A stretch of DNA of 47,647 nt from a virus (taxonomy: Duplodnaviria > Caudoviricetes), in the IMG/VR virus record IMGVR_UViG_3300020519_000124, positions 1 to 47,647 of that record; one strand, given 5' to 3'. Made by a program: the position numbers and the translations under genes. Within the stretch, counting starts at the first letter, position 1, and each line of letters opens with the position of its first letter. Below, piece by piece: positions 36,703 through 46,749 of this stretch. The notes under the pieces were generated by a model. That model saw only the letters and a list, made by a program, of their open reading frames with translations. It did no database searches and was not told the DNA's origin.

Positions 36703-37428
36703 CTAATTAGCCTTTTTGTCTACCGTTTTAAACGCATCATTAATCTCTGCTAATGTGAGTTTTCCATCGTCTAAGAAGGCTCTTGCAAGCCTCTCAATGA
36801 CACTTGCTACACCAAGCAGACCTGCGAGCATTACTGCCTGAAGGGTATCAATTCCTACTACGGCACCAGCACCAAGTACTGATAGACCAGAAGCAGCAAA
36901 CACTGCTACGATACGCATTAATATATTAGAAAGGGCTTTTTGTGGGCTCTCTTTTTTAGGGGCCTCTACTACCTTTTTAGTTGCCATTATTTATCTCCTT
37001 TCCCAGCGAAATATCCGCCAATAATTCCAATTAGACCTACTAAGGCATTTTGAACTAAAGCGATAGCATCTTCATTGGTTCCAAATTTTTCACCCGTTGA
37101 AGATTGCTGTAAGAGCATTGAGGCATATTCACCAAGAACTACTAAGCCAATAAAGCCAAGTATGCCTAGGGTTATGACCCACATTAATTTATCTTTCATT
37201 TTAGTCCTCCTTTCTTAGCGGTATTGTAATTAACCAAATTACTGTTGTTGCAAGTACTGCAATACCAACAATATCTCTGGCTGATCCTGTTAGGGTTAAC
37301 CATGCGATAAAGAAGCCAAGGAGGGTGAATGCCTGTGCAATTAATTCCATTCCTGCGTCTTTAAACCATTTAACTAATCCCTTTAGTAGTTTACCTAAAA
37401 GGTTAATTGCTTTATTGATTATCTTCAT
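36703..37428 (-). CDS. three small two-TM membrane proteins (36703-36987, 36987-37199, 37201-37428)
   Basis: Hydrophobic hairpins, coupled genes. Confidence 0.75.
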
Positions 37429-39518
37429 TTGTTCCTCCTTATGACTGCCCCTGCAATTTGTGATACGATGATCACTGGGACAATTACTTCTTGCGCTTTC
37501 TCTCTCTGATCGTCTGTCATATCCATACCTAACTCAGAGAAATTAGATAGGAGTTCTACTGGGTCCACTGCAAAGACTGCTCCAAGTGGGTCTGCTAAGA
37601 ATGCTTCTGTTTGTACTTCTGTTACTGCATCTGCTAATGTAAAGGGCATTGGTGTATCCCCTGCAGATTCTGCTCTATCACCAAACTCAACAAATGCTGA
37701 AGCAAGTTCTGGATTAGACTTCATCTGCTCAGCAATCTGTGCAACTTCTGAGACCTTAATACCAAGATCTTCTGCAACCTCCTGCTTTGCTTCTTGAGTC
37801 AATGCTTTAAGTGTTTGGCTAACTGCTGTTATTTGTTCAGGGGAAAGAATAACTAATTTGTTATCCTTGCTTGTAAGGTTAGCAATAACTCCAGATAGAT
37901 CTTCTGATGTTCCAGTTCCTTTTTCAGGAACAAGTGCTGCTAAAACTTCATCTTCAATTTCTACATCTGGCTCAGTCCAAGGATTCTCTTCTGGCTCTGG
38001 TTCTGGTCCAGGCTCTGGCGATGGTTCTGGGGTAGGCTCTTCAGTAGGCTCTGCAACTGGCTCTTCAGTTGGTTCTGGCTCTGGTGTAACCTCTGGGGTA
38101 GGTTCAGGTGTAGGCTCATCTGTAGGATCTACTGTAGGCTCTGGAGAAGGCTCTGGTGTAGGTTCTTCTATTGGTTCTTCAGTTGGCTCTGTAGAAGGTT
38201 CTGGGCTTGGCTCATCTGTAGGATCAGGAGTTGGCTCTTCAGTTGGTTCTGTAGTAGGCTCTGGTGAAGGTTCTGGTGTAGGCTGATTGGCTGCAGCATT
38301 GGCTGCTGCTTGAGCAATAGCAGCATTAAGTTCTCGTTGTGCCTGCTCATAATAATATTCCCATGCATCTTCAATGGCACTATTAAGATCAACTATTGAC
38401 TGATCATATTCATCTTCTGCATTTTCTTTGTTCTGTAGTGCAGTTGCTGTGTTTGTTACGGCAGTATTATAGTTGTTAGTTTTAGTTGTCAAGGTTTGGT
38501 TGTATGTGTTCAGTGTTGAAACTGCCTGATTGTAAACATTTAGTTTGTCATTGTATACTGCTTGGGCTGAGGTCTTTGCAACAAGGGCAGCATTATATGC
38601 ATTAACTTGTTCTTGACTTGCTTGTGTGCCATGGGAGAATGTATTAAGATTACAACTAAAACCTACACCCCATCCACCAGTATAATCACAACCTGCTCCA
38701 GTCCAACCTCCAGGAATTGCCCATCCAAGATGATAGGATCCTGGGCCTCCACCGTTATACCACCATATCTCTACATCTAAAGTCTTGTCTTCACTAACAT
38801 CGTACACTGGAGAATATGGACTCCATGTTGTTCCTTGCTCTACCCAGTTATTAACAGCAAGGTTTCCGTTAACATACATTCTAAATCCATCATCTGTGTA
38901 CCCTGCAAAATATGTCGAGGTCCAGTGTGATGGCACCGTAATTACTCCAGTAAACTTAACGATAATATTTTCATAGTATCCGCAAACTGGAAGGTTCATT
39001 GAACTTGAATTCCATGTGCCAGTACATATAACAGATCCAGGTATCGCTACGCTACCATTTCTTAATAGATGATAAACGGTATACTCAAGTCCTACACCAC
39101 CCTGCACAGATGCTTGTGCTGTAGATAGATTTATATTTGCTATGTCAAGGGCGTCTTGTGCATCATTTTTATTTTCTAGTGCTGTGGCTACCGTTACTGT
39201 TTGTCCATCTACTGCTGTTTGGGCTAAGTCTTTTTCTTCAAGTGCCGTGGTTTCTGCAGATAGGGCATTGGTATGTGCAGCATAGGCATCGTCCCTATCC
39301 TGTTTAGCATCAACGGCAAAGTTATATTTATTTTCTGCTATATCAATAAGGCTATTGAACTGATCTTTATACCCAAGGTCATCTACGCTGTCTTTAAGGT
39401 CTTGTATTTCTTGAGCAGCAACTGATATGGGATCGTTAGGATTGGCCTCTGTAGGGGCTATTAGAAGCCATCCAAAGGCCAATAAAGTGGCTGTTACTAT
39501 TCTTGTTAAGCGTTTTAT
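37425..39518 (-). CDS. secreted, membrane-anchored protein: coiled coil, PA14 domain, Pro/Glu/Thr repeats, C-terminal hydrophobic anchor; probable ATA start
   Basis: F.G.I.VP...TDDGFRMYVNG...W..Q...WYNGGG (PA14); signal peptide is complete only from ATA at 39518. Confidence 0.8.
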   Translation of the reverse strand: MKRLTRIVTATLLAFGWLLIAPTEANPNDPISVAAQEIQDLKDSVDDLGYKDQFNSLIDIAENKYNFAVDAKQDRDDAYAAHTNALSAETTALEEKDLAQTAVDGQTVTVATALENKNDAQDALDIANINLSTAQASVQGGVGLEYTVYHLLRNGSVAIPGSVICTGTWNSSSMNLPVCGYYENIIVKFTGVITVPSHWTSTYFAGYTDDGFRMYVNGNLAVNNWVEQGTTWSPYSPVYDVSEDKTLDVEIWWYNGGGPGSYHLGWAIPGGWTGAGCDYTGGWGVGFSCNLNTFSHGTQASQEQVNAYNAALVAKTSAQAVYNDKLNVYNQAVSTLNTYNQTLTTKTNNYNTAVTNTATALQNKENAEDEYDQSIVDLNSAIEDAWEYYYEQAQRELNAAIAQAAANAAANQPTPEPSPEPTTEPTEEPTPDPTDEPSPEPSTEPTEEPIEEPTPEPSPEPTVDPTDEPTPEPTPEVTPEPEPTEEPVAEPTEEPTPEPSPEPGPEPEPEENPWTEPDVEIEDEVLAALVPEKGTGTSEDLSGVIANLTSKDNKLVILSPEQITAVSQTLKALTQEAKQEVAEDLGIKVSEVAQIAEQMKSNPELASAFVEFGDRAESAGDTPMPFTLADAVTEVQTEAFLADPLGAVFAVDPVELLSNFSELGMDMTDDQREKAQEVIVPVIIVSQIAGAVIRRNK
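37981..38285 (-). repeat. PEPS/PTEE/PTPE low-complexity coding repeats
   Basis: About 100 aa of P/E/T/S tetrapeptide repeats. Confidence 0.9.
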
Positions 39519-39575
39519 TTGCCTTTCCCCCTTGCAGACTAATGTCTGATAGGGTTATTATATCATTTTATTGCA

Positions 39576-39609
39576 CAAAAAAGGGGCTATCACAATTGAT
39601 AACCCCTTT
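39576..39609 (-). terminator. intrinsic terminator
   Basis: AAGGGGTTATCA/TGATAGCCCCTT followed by a T run. Confidence 0.8.
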
Positions 39610-39622
39610 AGTGTTGGACTAA

Positions 39623-40816
39623 TTACTTAACTAAAGCAACCTTAGCCTTTGGATTCTTCTTGTTCCACTTTGTAGCAAGTGCATTGAATGACTTCTTCAA
39701 AGAAGCAAGTGCAGCAGCGTTATCTGCTGTTAACTTAGCAATCTGTGCATCCTTAGCAGCAAGAGCAGCATCTGATGCTACCTTTGCATCTGCAAGTGCC
39801 TTAGCAGAAGCAGCCTTCTCTGCTGCAATAGCAGCATCTGCAACAGCCTTTGCCTGAGCAACTGCGGTTGTTGTATCATCCTTGAACTTTGCAAGTTCAG
39901 CATTCTTAGCAGCAATTAGAGCAGTGTGCTCTGCTGTTGCCTTAACTAATGCAGCATCTGCAGCAGCCTTAGCAGCAAGTGCTGCATCCTTAGCAGCAGT
40001 CTGTGCAGCAAGTTCTGATACTAGATCACGGACTGTGATTTCTGCAAACGGTGCTAATGCACGAGCAGGAAGACCTACTACATCAGCAGTTGTTGCATCT
40101 GCAGCAGTTGTTGGGCTGAATGTAATTAATGAGCGTGTTCCAGTTGCTGGAAGTGTTGCAACAAACTTTGCAACTCCAAAATCTGAAAGCGTAGCACCAG
40201 TGGTTGCTGTTGCTGTGTCTAGTGTTGCTGTTGCAGCAAATACTGTTGCAGTAATTGACTTACCAGATACTTTGTTTCCAAATGTATCTGTTGCAGTTAC
40301 TGTGATATCTTGCTTTGTACCAGCAGCACCTGTGGCAGGTGCAGAGACTGTAAGAGTATTAATCTTGCCAGCAGTTCCCTGTACATAGTATGTAAGGGTT
40401 GTTCCCTGGTTGTTGATTACAACTGTGCCAATTGCTGTTGTCTTTGTGTAGACATAAAATGTTGCAGTTGTTCCTGTACCAGTTGCAATTGTCAAAGATG
40501 AAGATCCTGATGTTGCTCCTACTGGTGCAGCGGTTGTGTGTAGTGCAGACACGATTGTTGCGTTTGTTGTTGTAACAGAAACCGATGTTCCTGTGTCAAC
40601 TGTTGCGACGAACTTAAGTGCGTCTGCAGCGTCAACTGTGTTATCTGCGGGTACTGGCAATGCAGCAGGTGTAGCAATAGAAGAGTTTGTAGTGTTTGCT
40701 ACAGAATCTAATGATACAGCGACTGTCATTACAGCAGCACTTGCAGGTGTTGCTACGATTGTGCCCAAAGTCATGGCTGCAACCATGGCTAGTGCGATTT
40801 TCTTAAATGAGTTCAT
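39623..40816 (-). CDS. secreted Ala/Thr-rich Ig-like surface protein with C-terminal Ala-rich coil
   Basis: Signal peptide MNSFKKIAL...ASA; TATDTFGN Ig-like motif. Confidence 0.75.
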   Translation of the reverse strand: MNSFKKIALAMVAAMTLGTIVATPASAAVMTVAVSLDSVANTTNSSIATPAALPVPADNTVDAADALKFVATVDTGTSVSVTTTNATIVSALHTTAAPVGATSGSSSLTIATGTGTTATFYVYTKTTAIGTVVINNQGTTLTYYVQGTAGKINTLTVSAPATGAAGTKQDITVTATDTFGNKVSGKSITATVFAATATLDTATATTGATLSDFGVAKFVATLPATGTRSLITFSPTTAADATTADVVGLPARALAPFAEITVRDLVSELAAQTAAKDAALAAKAAADAALVKATAEHTALIAAKNAELAKFKDDTTTAVAQAKAVADAAIAAEKAASAKALADAKVASDAALAAKDAQIAKLTADNAAALASLKKSFNALATKWNKKNPKAKVALVK

Positions 40817-40836
40817 TTAATTTATTTCTCCTTGTT

Positions 40837-42618
40837 TTATAGTGTTTTTAGTCTGTCCAGGTAGTCTTTTATTTCTTCTATCTGGCTAGGTTTATATTGT
40901 ATCACGTTCTCAGGTAGTTCGTCAACTCGCTTAGGTCTATCCCTAAAAGTATGAACCTCTACCTCAGTGTCTGTATTTTTAGGGGTATAAGATATAGCCC
41001 CAAAAATAGCACCACACACAGCATCAGCCAAGTCCTTTGACTTTTTGCGTGGATGGTCAACTCTATCATTTTTCATAATCTTTAACTGGGTTAGTTCATC
41101 AAATAATAAATCAATTGCAGGCATAGCAAGTCTTTCCTCATACACGAGCATAGCCATATCCTCATAGTGCTTCTTGGCAACAGAAACAGTATCAGTTTTC
41201 ATTCCAACCTGCTTTAATTCATTTTGAATATCAAATGACTGCCAACGGTCAAACGAAACCATGCCAATATCAAACCCTATCCTTCTAAGGTTTTGGATCC
41301 ATTGTTTAACTTCAGATAGGTTTACTGGTCCTTCAACCTTTGGCTCCCACCACGCTACTGCATCTACTACTACGATTGGTGCTACTTGTTCGTAGTTATT
41401 GATTACTTGTATGTTTACCCATTTTTCTACATGTGCAATTGCTACAGCACACTTGTCATGCTTCTGTGCAAGGTCAGCATGAACATAATATTTCTTAGTT
41501 GGATCTGGCTTAAAGGCTTCATCAAATCTTTTAAAGTTATCTATTGGGTTTCTTAATGTCATACAGGCTCTTACTTTTTCTGCCTGCTTAAAGAATGCAT
41601 CTGAAGCAAAAGTTGGTACGCATGCAAAGCGCATCATGGCATCACCAAGGTCTGTCATAAATGCAATCATAAAGTCGTCAATCTTGCGAGTAGGGTTTAC
41701 TTCCCATGTAGGTCTCTTTAGTGCAAATACTCCTGGGTACTTGTATGAAATTATATGATCTTCGTCCCACGAAATTTGAAACTTATTATCTGGATCTGTG
41801 TCTGGGAGTAGTGGATTAATTATAAACTCATGTGTTTTTTCAACTGATTCTTTTTCAGCAATTACTGCATCATACTTTTCTGAAATAAAGTCGCCTGGAT
41901 ATCTTGGAAATGAAAGCAAAACAACCTTACCTAGATCTGGGAAACGAGAGTCTACTGATCCACGGAAAGCCTTGTAAATGTTGTCTGCAGTCTTTCCTTG
42001 TTCGTTACCTGTTCCAACCTCAGATGCAAAACCAGAAATCTCATCAAGTACTGCAAGTAGCAAGTTCAAACCCTCATGTGATTCTCTTTCTGAGTGACCA
42101 GAATAAACAGTAATTGATTTATCAAACTCAACTGAGTCTGCCTTAGCATTATACTTTCCAGCAAACCATGGGGACTTTTCAATCTTAGATTTAAAACCTT
42201 TAAAGAAAACATTCTTTGCTTGTTGTGCGTTAATAGCAACATTGATAAGGTCAATAGCATCTCCAGAGGGCTTTCCAAAATACTTTGCAGGGTCTTTTAG
42301 GCATAATAGTTTATATACTATATATGAACATGCTACGGTTGATGTGAAGTCTTTTCCAGATCCCTTGCCAAGTTGCAGGATGATTTCATTCTTTGTGTAC
42401 TTATCGTAGTACCTTGATCCTTTTTCTTCCCCCATTATATCTATCAAATCTTCTTTACGATAAATCTGACTCATAGCCTCAACAATGTCATATTGAATAT
42501 CAGACAAAGGTGGTTGGCCAAGGTAGTCTGGAGACTCAACAAAAGTCTTTGCATCTACTGGGGTTTCTTCAAAGTGATTACTTTTAAGAACTTCTAAAAA
42601 ATCATCAAAGTTTGCCAT
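40837..42618 (-). CDS. terL: terminase large subunit
   Basis: Walker A GKGSGKD, Walker B AVLDE, nuclease HADLA...D...FD.WQS...KDLADA. Confidence 0.9.
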   Translation of the reverse strand: MANFDDFLEVLKSNHFEETPVDAKTFVESPDYLGQPPLSDIQYDIVEAMSQIYRKEDLIDIMGEEKGSRYYDKYTKNEIILQLGKGSGKDFTSTVACSYIVYKLLCLKDPAKYFGKPSGDAIDLINVAINAQQAKNVFFKGFKSKIEKSPWFAGKYNAKADSVEFDKSITVYSGHSERESHEGLNLLLAVLDEISGFASEVGTGNEQGKTADNIYKAFRGSVDSRFPDLGKVVLLSFPRYPGDFISEKYDAVIAEKESVEKTHEFIINPLLPDTDPDNKFQISWDEDHIISYKYPGVFALKRPTWEVNPTRKIDDFMIAFMTDLGDAMMRFACVPTFASDAFFKQAEKVRACMTLRNPIDNFKRFDEAFKPDPTKKYYVHADLAQKHDKCAVAIAHVEKWVNIQVINNYEQVAPIVVVDAVAWWEPKVEGPVNLSEVKQWIQNLRRIGFDIGMVSFDRWQSFDIQNELKQVGMKTDTVSVAKKHYEDMAMLVYEERLAMPAIDLLFDELTQLKIMKNDRVDHPRKKSKDLADAVCGAIFGAISYTPKNTDTEVEVHTFRDRPKRVDELPENVIQYKPSQIEEIKDYLDRLKTL

Positions 42619-43163
42619 TACTGCTCACTAATTGATTCAGATACAATCGTTACTACTTCGTTTTGCTTTGCAATAGCAGATAGTCTTTGCATGATAATGT
42701 CTCTTACTTCTGGATGTTCTGACGCTATATCTCTAAGAATTCCCACCAGAACTTCTTGTCTTCTTTCAATCTCAACCATTTCTTCTGCAAGTTCTTTGTT
42801 CTCAAGCAAGCCAGCCTTCTGTAGCATATCAATTCTTTTAGATTCAATATCCATTACAAGTTTAATTGCAGCAGTCTTTGCGCTAAGGTTATTAGTCATT
42901 GATGCTTCATCAATAACTTCGTATGTACGAGAAACTAATTTACTGTAGTGTGTGTCTGCAGCAGCCAGTGCTTCTTTGGCACGAGCACGGATAGCATCAT
43001 TAGCAGACGCCATAACCTTCCACTCATTAATAAGTGTTACTACTTTAGTCCTTGGGATGTCTAGTTGTTTAGAAATTACCGTAGGGTCATTTCCCTTTAG
43101 GTATTCTTCTACTACTTGATTAACTTGATCAAGATGCTTAACTAGATCATCTTCAGTTGACAT
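42618..43163 (-). CDS. HTH plus coiled-coil protein, possible terminase small subunit
   Basis: N-terminal HTH; directly upstream of terL. Confidence 0.5.
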   Translation of the reverse strand: MSTEDDLVKHLDQVNQVVEEYLKGNDPTVISKQLDIPRTKVVTLINEWKVMASANDAIRARAKEALAAADTHYSKLVSRTYEVIDEASMTNNLSAKTAAIKLVMDIESKRIDMLQKAGLLENKELAEEMVEIERRQEVLVGILRDIASEHPEVRDIIMQRLSAIAKQNEVVTIVSESISEQ

Positions 43164-43425
43164 TATTTAATTCCCTTGCTATTTTTAGTAATACTAGATA
43201 ACCAATTAAATCGTCTAAATCGTTATCACCAATATAAGATCCGCCCCTAGTTATTCTAGAAAGTTTGTCGTCAATTCGAACATGTAGTTGCTCTACTCTG
43301 TCTGATGTGGCAAAAACCCTAACAGGATTAAGAGCAGAGTCACCATAAGATTTGTTTTTTGCAATTAACATTTCTTTAATTTCATCACAAACCTGAGCAA
43401 TAGTAAACTGTGTCTCAGAACTCAT
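43153..43425 (-). CDS. DUF1599/Nmad1-like all-alpha nucleotide pyrophosphatase-type protein
   Basis: KN.SYGDS, RIDDKLSR, DLIGY. Confidence 0.7.
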   Translation of the reverse strand: MSSETQFTIAQVCDEIKEMLIAKNKSYGDSALNPVRVFATSDRVEQLHVRIDDKLSRITRGGSYIGDNDLDDLIGYLVLLKIARELNNVN

Positions 43426-43545
43426 CCTCATCCTCCTCGTCACTTAAGTCAAAAATATCTGGAAAGTTTTTAAAGGAATTAATGACATAGGCTATACCTA
43501 CTGAACTAGCCACGGTAATGGCTAAAATAATCTTTTTTGTTTTAC

Positions 43546-43701
43546 TCATCGTTTAGATTTCCTTAATCCAAATTTTGCAAGATACACATAAATAGTTTCC
43601 ACGCTTACCCCACACTCCTTTGCAATCTCGTCTGGAGTCTTTTTGTCCATAAGATAACGCTTACGCATAAAGACTTCTGATGTATATAGTTTAGCAGCCA
43701 T
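43546..43701 (-). CDS. small HTH DNA-binding protein
   Basis: EIAKECGVSVETIY. Confidence 0.75.
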   Translation of the reverse strand: MAAKLYTSEVFMRKRYLMDKKTPDEIAKECGVSVETIYVYLAKFGLRKSKR

Positions 43702-43705
43702 GGCG

Positions 43706-44761
43706 TTATTTGTCAACTCCTGGAACCTTCCAGTCAAGATCTTCTCTGTTGACTGGTGGAGAATCTTTTATTCCCATCATATGCTGATACCCATCAATCT
43801 TGTCGTATTCTGGATTGTACCTTGTCATACCTAAAGCAATCCCACTTTTTTTACAGTATTCTTGTGTAACTGATAGTGGAATATTTCCATACTTGCCCTC
43901 AAGTCTTCCAGAAAACAATAAATTTAACTTAAGCATTGCTTTTCTTGAATGCTCCCAGTAATAATGTTTTTTATTGTCTGCCCATGGTCTGGCGGTGTTA
44001 TGTCTGCTTATTTGTTCTCCTGGGTATTCTCTTTTAAGATTATGGTAATAAAATATTTTAGATGTAGCAAACATTCTCCATCCACGACCCCAGGACTGTA
44101 AAGAAACATATGGCTCTTCTCCATTAAAATTCATTTCTGGATCAAGCGGAACTTCATCTATGTATGACTTTTCTGCAAAGCACCAAGTAAAGTGCACCCA
44201 ATACCCTTCATGCACATCATCGTCCTCTGGTGGAGCATGACCAATTGGAAACCAGTATCCTGGTATGAAGTCTGTAGCAGTCTGAGATCTTGGATCCCAT
44301 CCAGAAATAGAAGGATGATAAAGATTGGTATTTACGACATCTTTATATTTAATAGACCAATCTTCATTGTATGCAAAGTCTGGACTACAAAAAGTTAAGA
44401 TTGCTTTCCCAGTTTCAGACTTTGCTTTTGCTTTTGCATACTCCTGTAGGCATGTTACATCCCAGTCTTGTTCAAACCTTGTGTGTCCACAAATATAAAG
44501 GACATAGTCAAACTCAACTGGAATATCTTTTGTTGTTAGGTCTCTTGCCCAGAGAATACCTCTATACTCAGATAAATCAAATTTTCTGTATAGCATTTGG
44601 CTTTCTGGTATAAAACTAAGATCTGAATAAAATTCTGGAAAATGCTCTTCAACTATAGAAAAGAAAAGGCTGTCCTTGTCTTTTGCTTTAGAGTAGCAGT
44701 CAAGAACTGTACCCAGCAGGTCTCCTTCTTTATAAGAAATTATTGATACTAGTATTTTCAT
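43706..44761 (-). CDS. second GT60-like GlcNAc transferase
   Basis: VSIISYKE, G..WAR, HTRF..WD, FNGEE...S...W.RGW. Confidence 0.75.
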   Translation of the reverse strand: MKILVSIISYKEGDLLGTVLDCYSKAKDKDSLFFSIVEEHFPEFYSDLSFIPESQMLYRKFDLSEYRGILWARDLTTKDIPVEFDYVLYICGHTRFEQDWDVTCLQEYAKAKAKSETGKAILTFCSPDFAYNEDWSIKYKDVVNTNLYHPSISGWDPRSQTATDFIPGYWFPIGHAPPEDDDVHEGYWVHFTWCFAEKSYIDEVPLDPEMNFNGEEPYVSLQSWGRGWRMFATSKIFYYHNLKREYPGEQISRHNTARPWADNKKHYYWEHSRKAMLKLNLLFSGRLEGKYGNIPLSVTQEYCKKSGIALGMTRYNPEYDKIDGYQHMMGIKDSPPVNREDLDWKVPGVDK

Positions 44762-45336
44762 ATTGCTTTCTCCCAGTTTTTTATTGCCCAATGTCCAATG
44801 CCACAAGCGTCTGCTACATCGTTATCAGTAATAGTTCTATCATAGATTGTATTAATAAACTTGATTGTTCTTTCTTTACGAAGATTTCTTTCATAGGTTT
44901 TATACCAAGACTCTGACTTTCCTGGGTGCTGAGAACGAATAAATAGTTGTTCATCCTTTGATATTTTTTTATTACCAATATAGTTTTGCCAAGTTATTGG
45001 AGAGACTTTTCCAATTATTCTTGTCCCAGATTGCCCTGCTGATCCAAGGATTGCTCCTTGAACTAATGCAAGGTCTGCTGCAGTTTTAGGGCTATTCATG
45101 AATACCGTATGCTCAATCACGATTGCCTCAAACCCACCGTATATATCAAAAAATCCTTTTACCTTTTTCCCTGCATCCATAACCTTTTCATATATATCAT
45201 TGCCTTGAAAGTTTATTTTTCCTACAGTTTTTAAGTCTTCCCCCTCAAACAAAGCAAAGGCAAGGCTATTAGTACTAGCATCAATAGCGCAAATAGTCTG
45301 TGGCTTTAGTTCTAGACCCCATTTATTTTTTACCAT
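44758..45336 (-). CDS. RuvC-like Holliday junction resolvase
   Basis: AIDAST, IVIE, P..W, DNDVADA. Confidence 0.8.
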   Translation of the reverse strand: MVKNKWGLELKPQTICAIDASTNSLAFALFEGEDLKTVGKINFQGNDIYEKVMDAGKKVKGFFDIYGGFEAIVIEHTVFMNSPKTAADLALVQGAILGSAGQSGTRIIGKVSPITWQNYIGNKKISKDEQLFIRSQHPGKSESWYKTYERNLRKERTIKFINTIYDRTITDNDVADACGIGHWAIKNWEKAI

Positions 45337-45607
45337 TTGTCTTATCCTTAATCTTTTTAATTGCTTTGACTACTGCTTCTGGATTTACGGAACAAGATGA
45401 GCACACTGCAAAATCATTATATATTGATAGTGGCATAGAACAAGATTTGCATAGCCTTGTCTTTCCTTTTCTTTTTGCTCTTTTTGATTGCATATACCTT
45501 GCAGCAATTTTTTCTTTTGTTGCAAGTTCTCTGCATTCTGGAGAACAATATATCTGGTAAGATACAGACTGAGGAAATTGTTTATCGCAAAAGTTACAAT
45601 GTCTCAC
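45323..45607 (-). CDS. zinc-finger protein
   Basis: CxxC...YCSxxC...CxxC...CxxC. Confidence 0.75.
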   Translation of the reverse strand: MRHCNFCDKQFPQSVSYQIYCSPECRELATKEKIAARYMQSKRAKRKGKTRLCKSCSMPLSIYNDFAVCSSCSVNPEAVVKAIKKIKDKTNGKK

Positions 45608-46409
45608 TTAGAATCTCCAGGGGTGCAATCTTTATTACACCTTGTCCTGCAGACTCACATGCTTTTCTAATTGGGCATGACTTGCATATCTTAGAGTTGG
45701 ACCTATAGTTCTTGACTGGCAAAGTTTTATTTTCCCATGCCTTTCGAACTGTCCTCATCCAATCAAATGCCTGGTCTACCCACCGACGGTAATGATCGTT
45801 TACATCTACGGGAATCAAAAGAAGTTCATGATTGTTTTTGTTTTCGTAAATCATAACACCTTTTGGCCGTTTTAAGATTTTCATATAAATAAGTAATTGC
45901 ATTAGGTGGCCAGTCTTGGCTTTACCTGATGCCTTTCTATACTCAAACCCTTCATTCATCATTGTCTTAATTTCACCAATGAGTTCTTCTCCCTGCCAAT
46001 CAAGCATAACATCTCCATATCCAAAGATAGGTGGATCATCATGCCTAATCTTAAATTCAGTAGTTTCGTTATTATCGTCATCACGATATACCTTTGCTAC
46101 CCCAGAGTCTATCATCGCTGCCTGAATTCTTGCATGTGAAAGAGTACCAGCAGTCATATTCGCTGCAGCATATGCGTCAGCATTATCTTCAAATGTCTGT
46201 CCATCAAAAGCAAGGTACCAATATCTAGCACACTCTCCATGGCCGTAAGCAATGGTAGAAGGAGCAAAAGTCTTTTTGGTTGTATGCTTATCTACTCTTT
46301 TAATAGTATATCCCTCTCTGATTTTTTCAACAAGGGCATCAACATTCATCGAATGAACTGGTTTTTCTTCTGGCTTTATCATAACTGTATGTAGTAAATT
46401 TTTTGTCAT
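45594..46409 (-). CDS. Cas4-like PD-(D/E)xK exonuclease
   Basis: C.R, G..D...EIKT, QL..Y, CxxC.....C Fe-S staple. Confidence 0.8.
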   Translation of the reverse strand: MTKNLLHTVMIKPEEKPVHSMNVDALVEKIREGYTIKRVDKHTTKKTFAPSTIAYGHGECARYWYLAFDGQTFEDNADAYAAANMTAGTLSHARIQAAMIDSGVAKVYRDDDNNETTEFKIRHDDPPIFGYGDVMLDWQGEELIGEIKTMMNEGFEYRKASGKAKTGHLMQLLIYMKILKRPKGVMIYENKNNHELLLIPVDVNDHYRRWVDQAFDWMRTVRKAWENKTLPVKNYRSNSKICKSCPIRKACESAGQGVIKIAPLEILSETL

Positions 46410-46443
46410 TATATCTCTTTTCTAGTACTATAAGTATAGCAGA

Positions 46444-46749
46444 TTATCGGATTATATACTTTAGAGCAGATACAAGATTGTTAATTGACTCCGCTGCAGT
46501 ATAGTAAAGATTCTTCTTTCCCCTGTCAGATTTATCAACATTGGCCATCCAAGTAGCCTTTAATGACATCTTTGCAGCGATTGCCTGTAAACGAACTATT
46601 TCAACTGTTGCCACATTAAGTGGTATGTCTGGCTTGATAATAATCTTGGCTATAAAGGTAAGGGCTGTAGTCAACTCCTCGTCCTGCATATAGTCTGCTA
46701 TTTCTGCCAAACCATTTACCATCTCTATTGTTGTCTGTTGCTGTTCCAT
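46444..46749 (-). CDS. hypothetical helical protein
   Basis: 101-aa coupled ORF. Confidence 0.7.
   Translation of the reverse strand: MEQQQTTIEMVNGLAEIADYMQDEELTTALTFIAKIIIKPDIPLNVATVEIVRLQAIAAKMSLKATWMANVDKSDRGKKNLYYTAAESINNLVSALKYIIR

Noticed and set aside
37858-40820. Plus-strand ORFs 37858-38286, 39660-40388 and 40536-40820, and similar shadow ORFs elsewhere
   Set aside because: Antisense shadows of low-complexity minus-strand genes, with no RBS or domain motifs.
45594-46409. Cas4-like gene as part of a CRISPR system
   Set aside because: No other cas genes and no regularly spaced repeat-spacer array; it sits in a recA/RuvC recombination operon, as is typical for phage solo Cas4.
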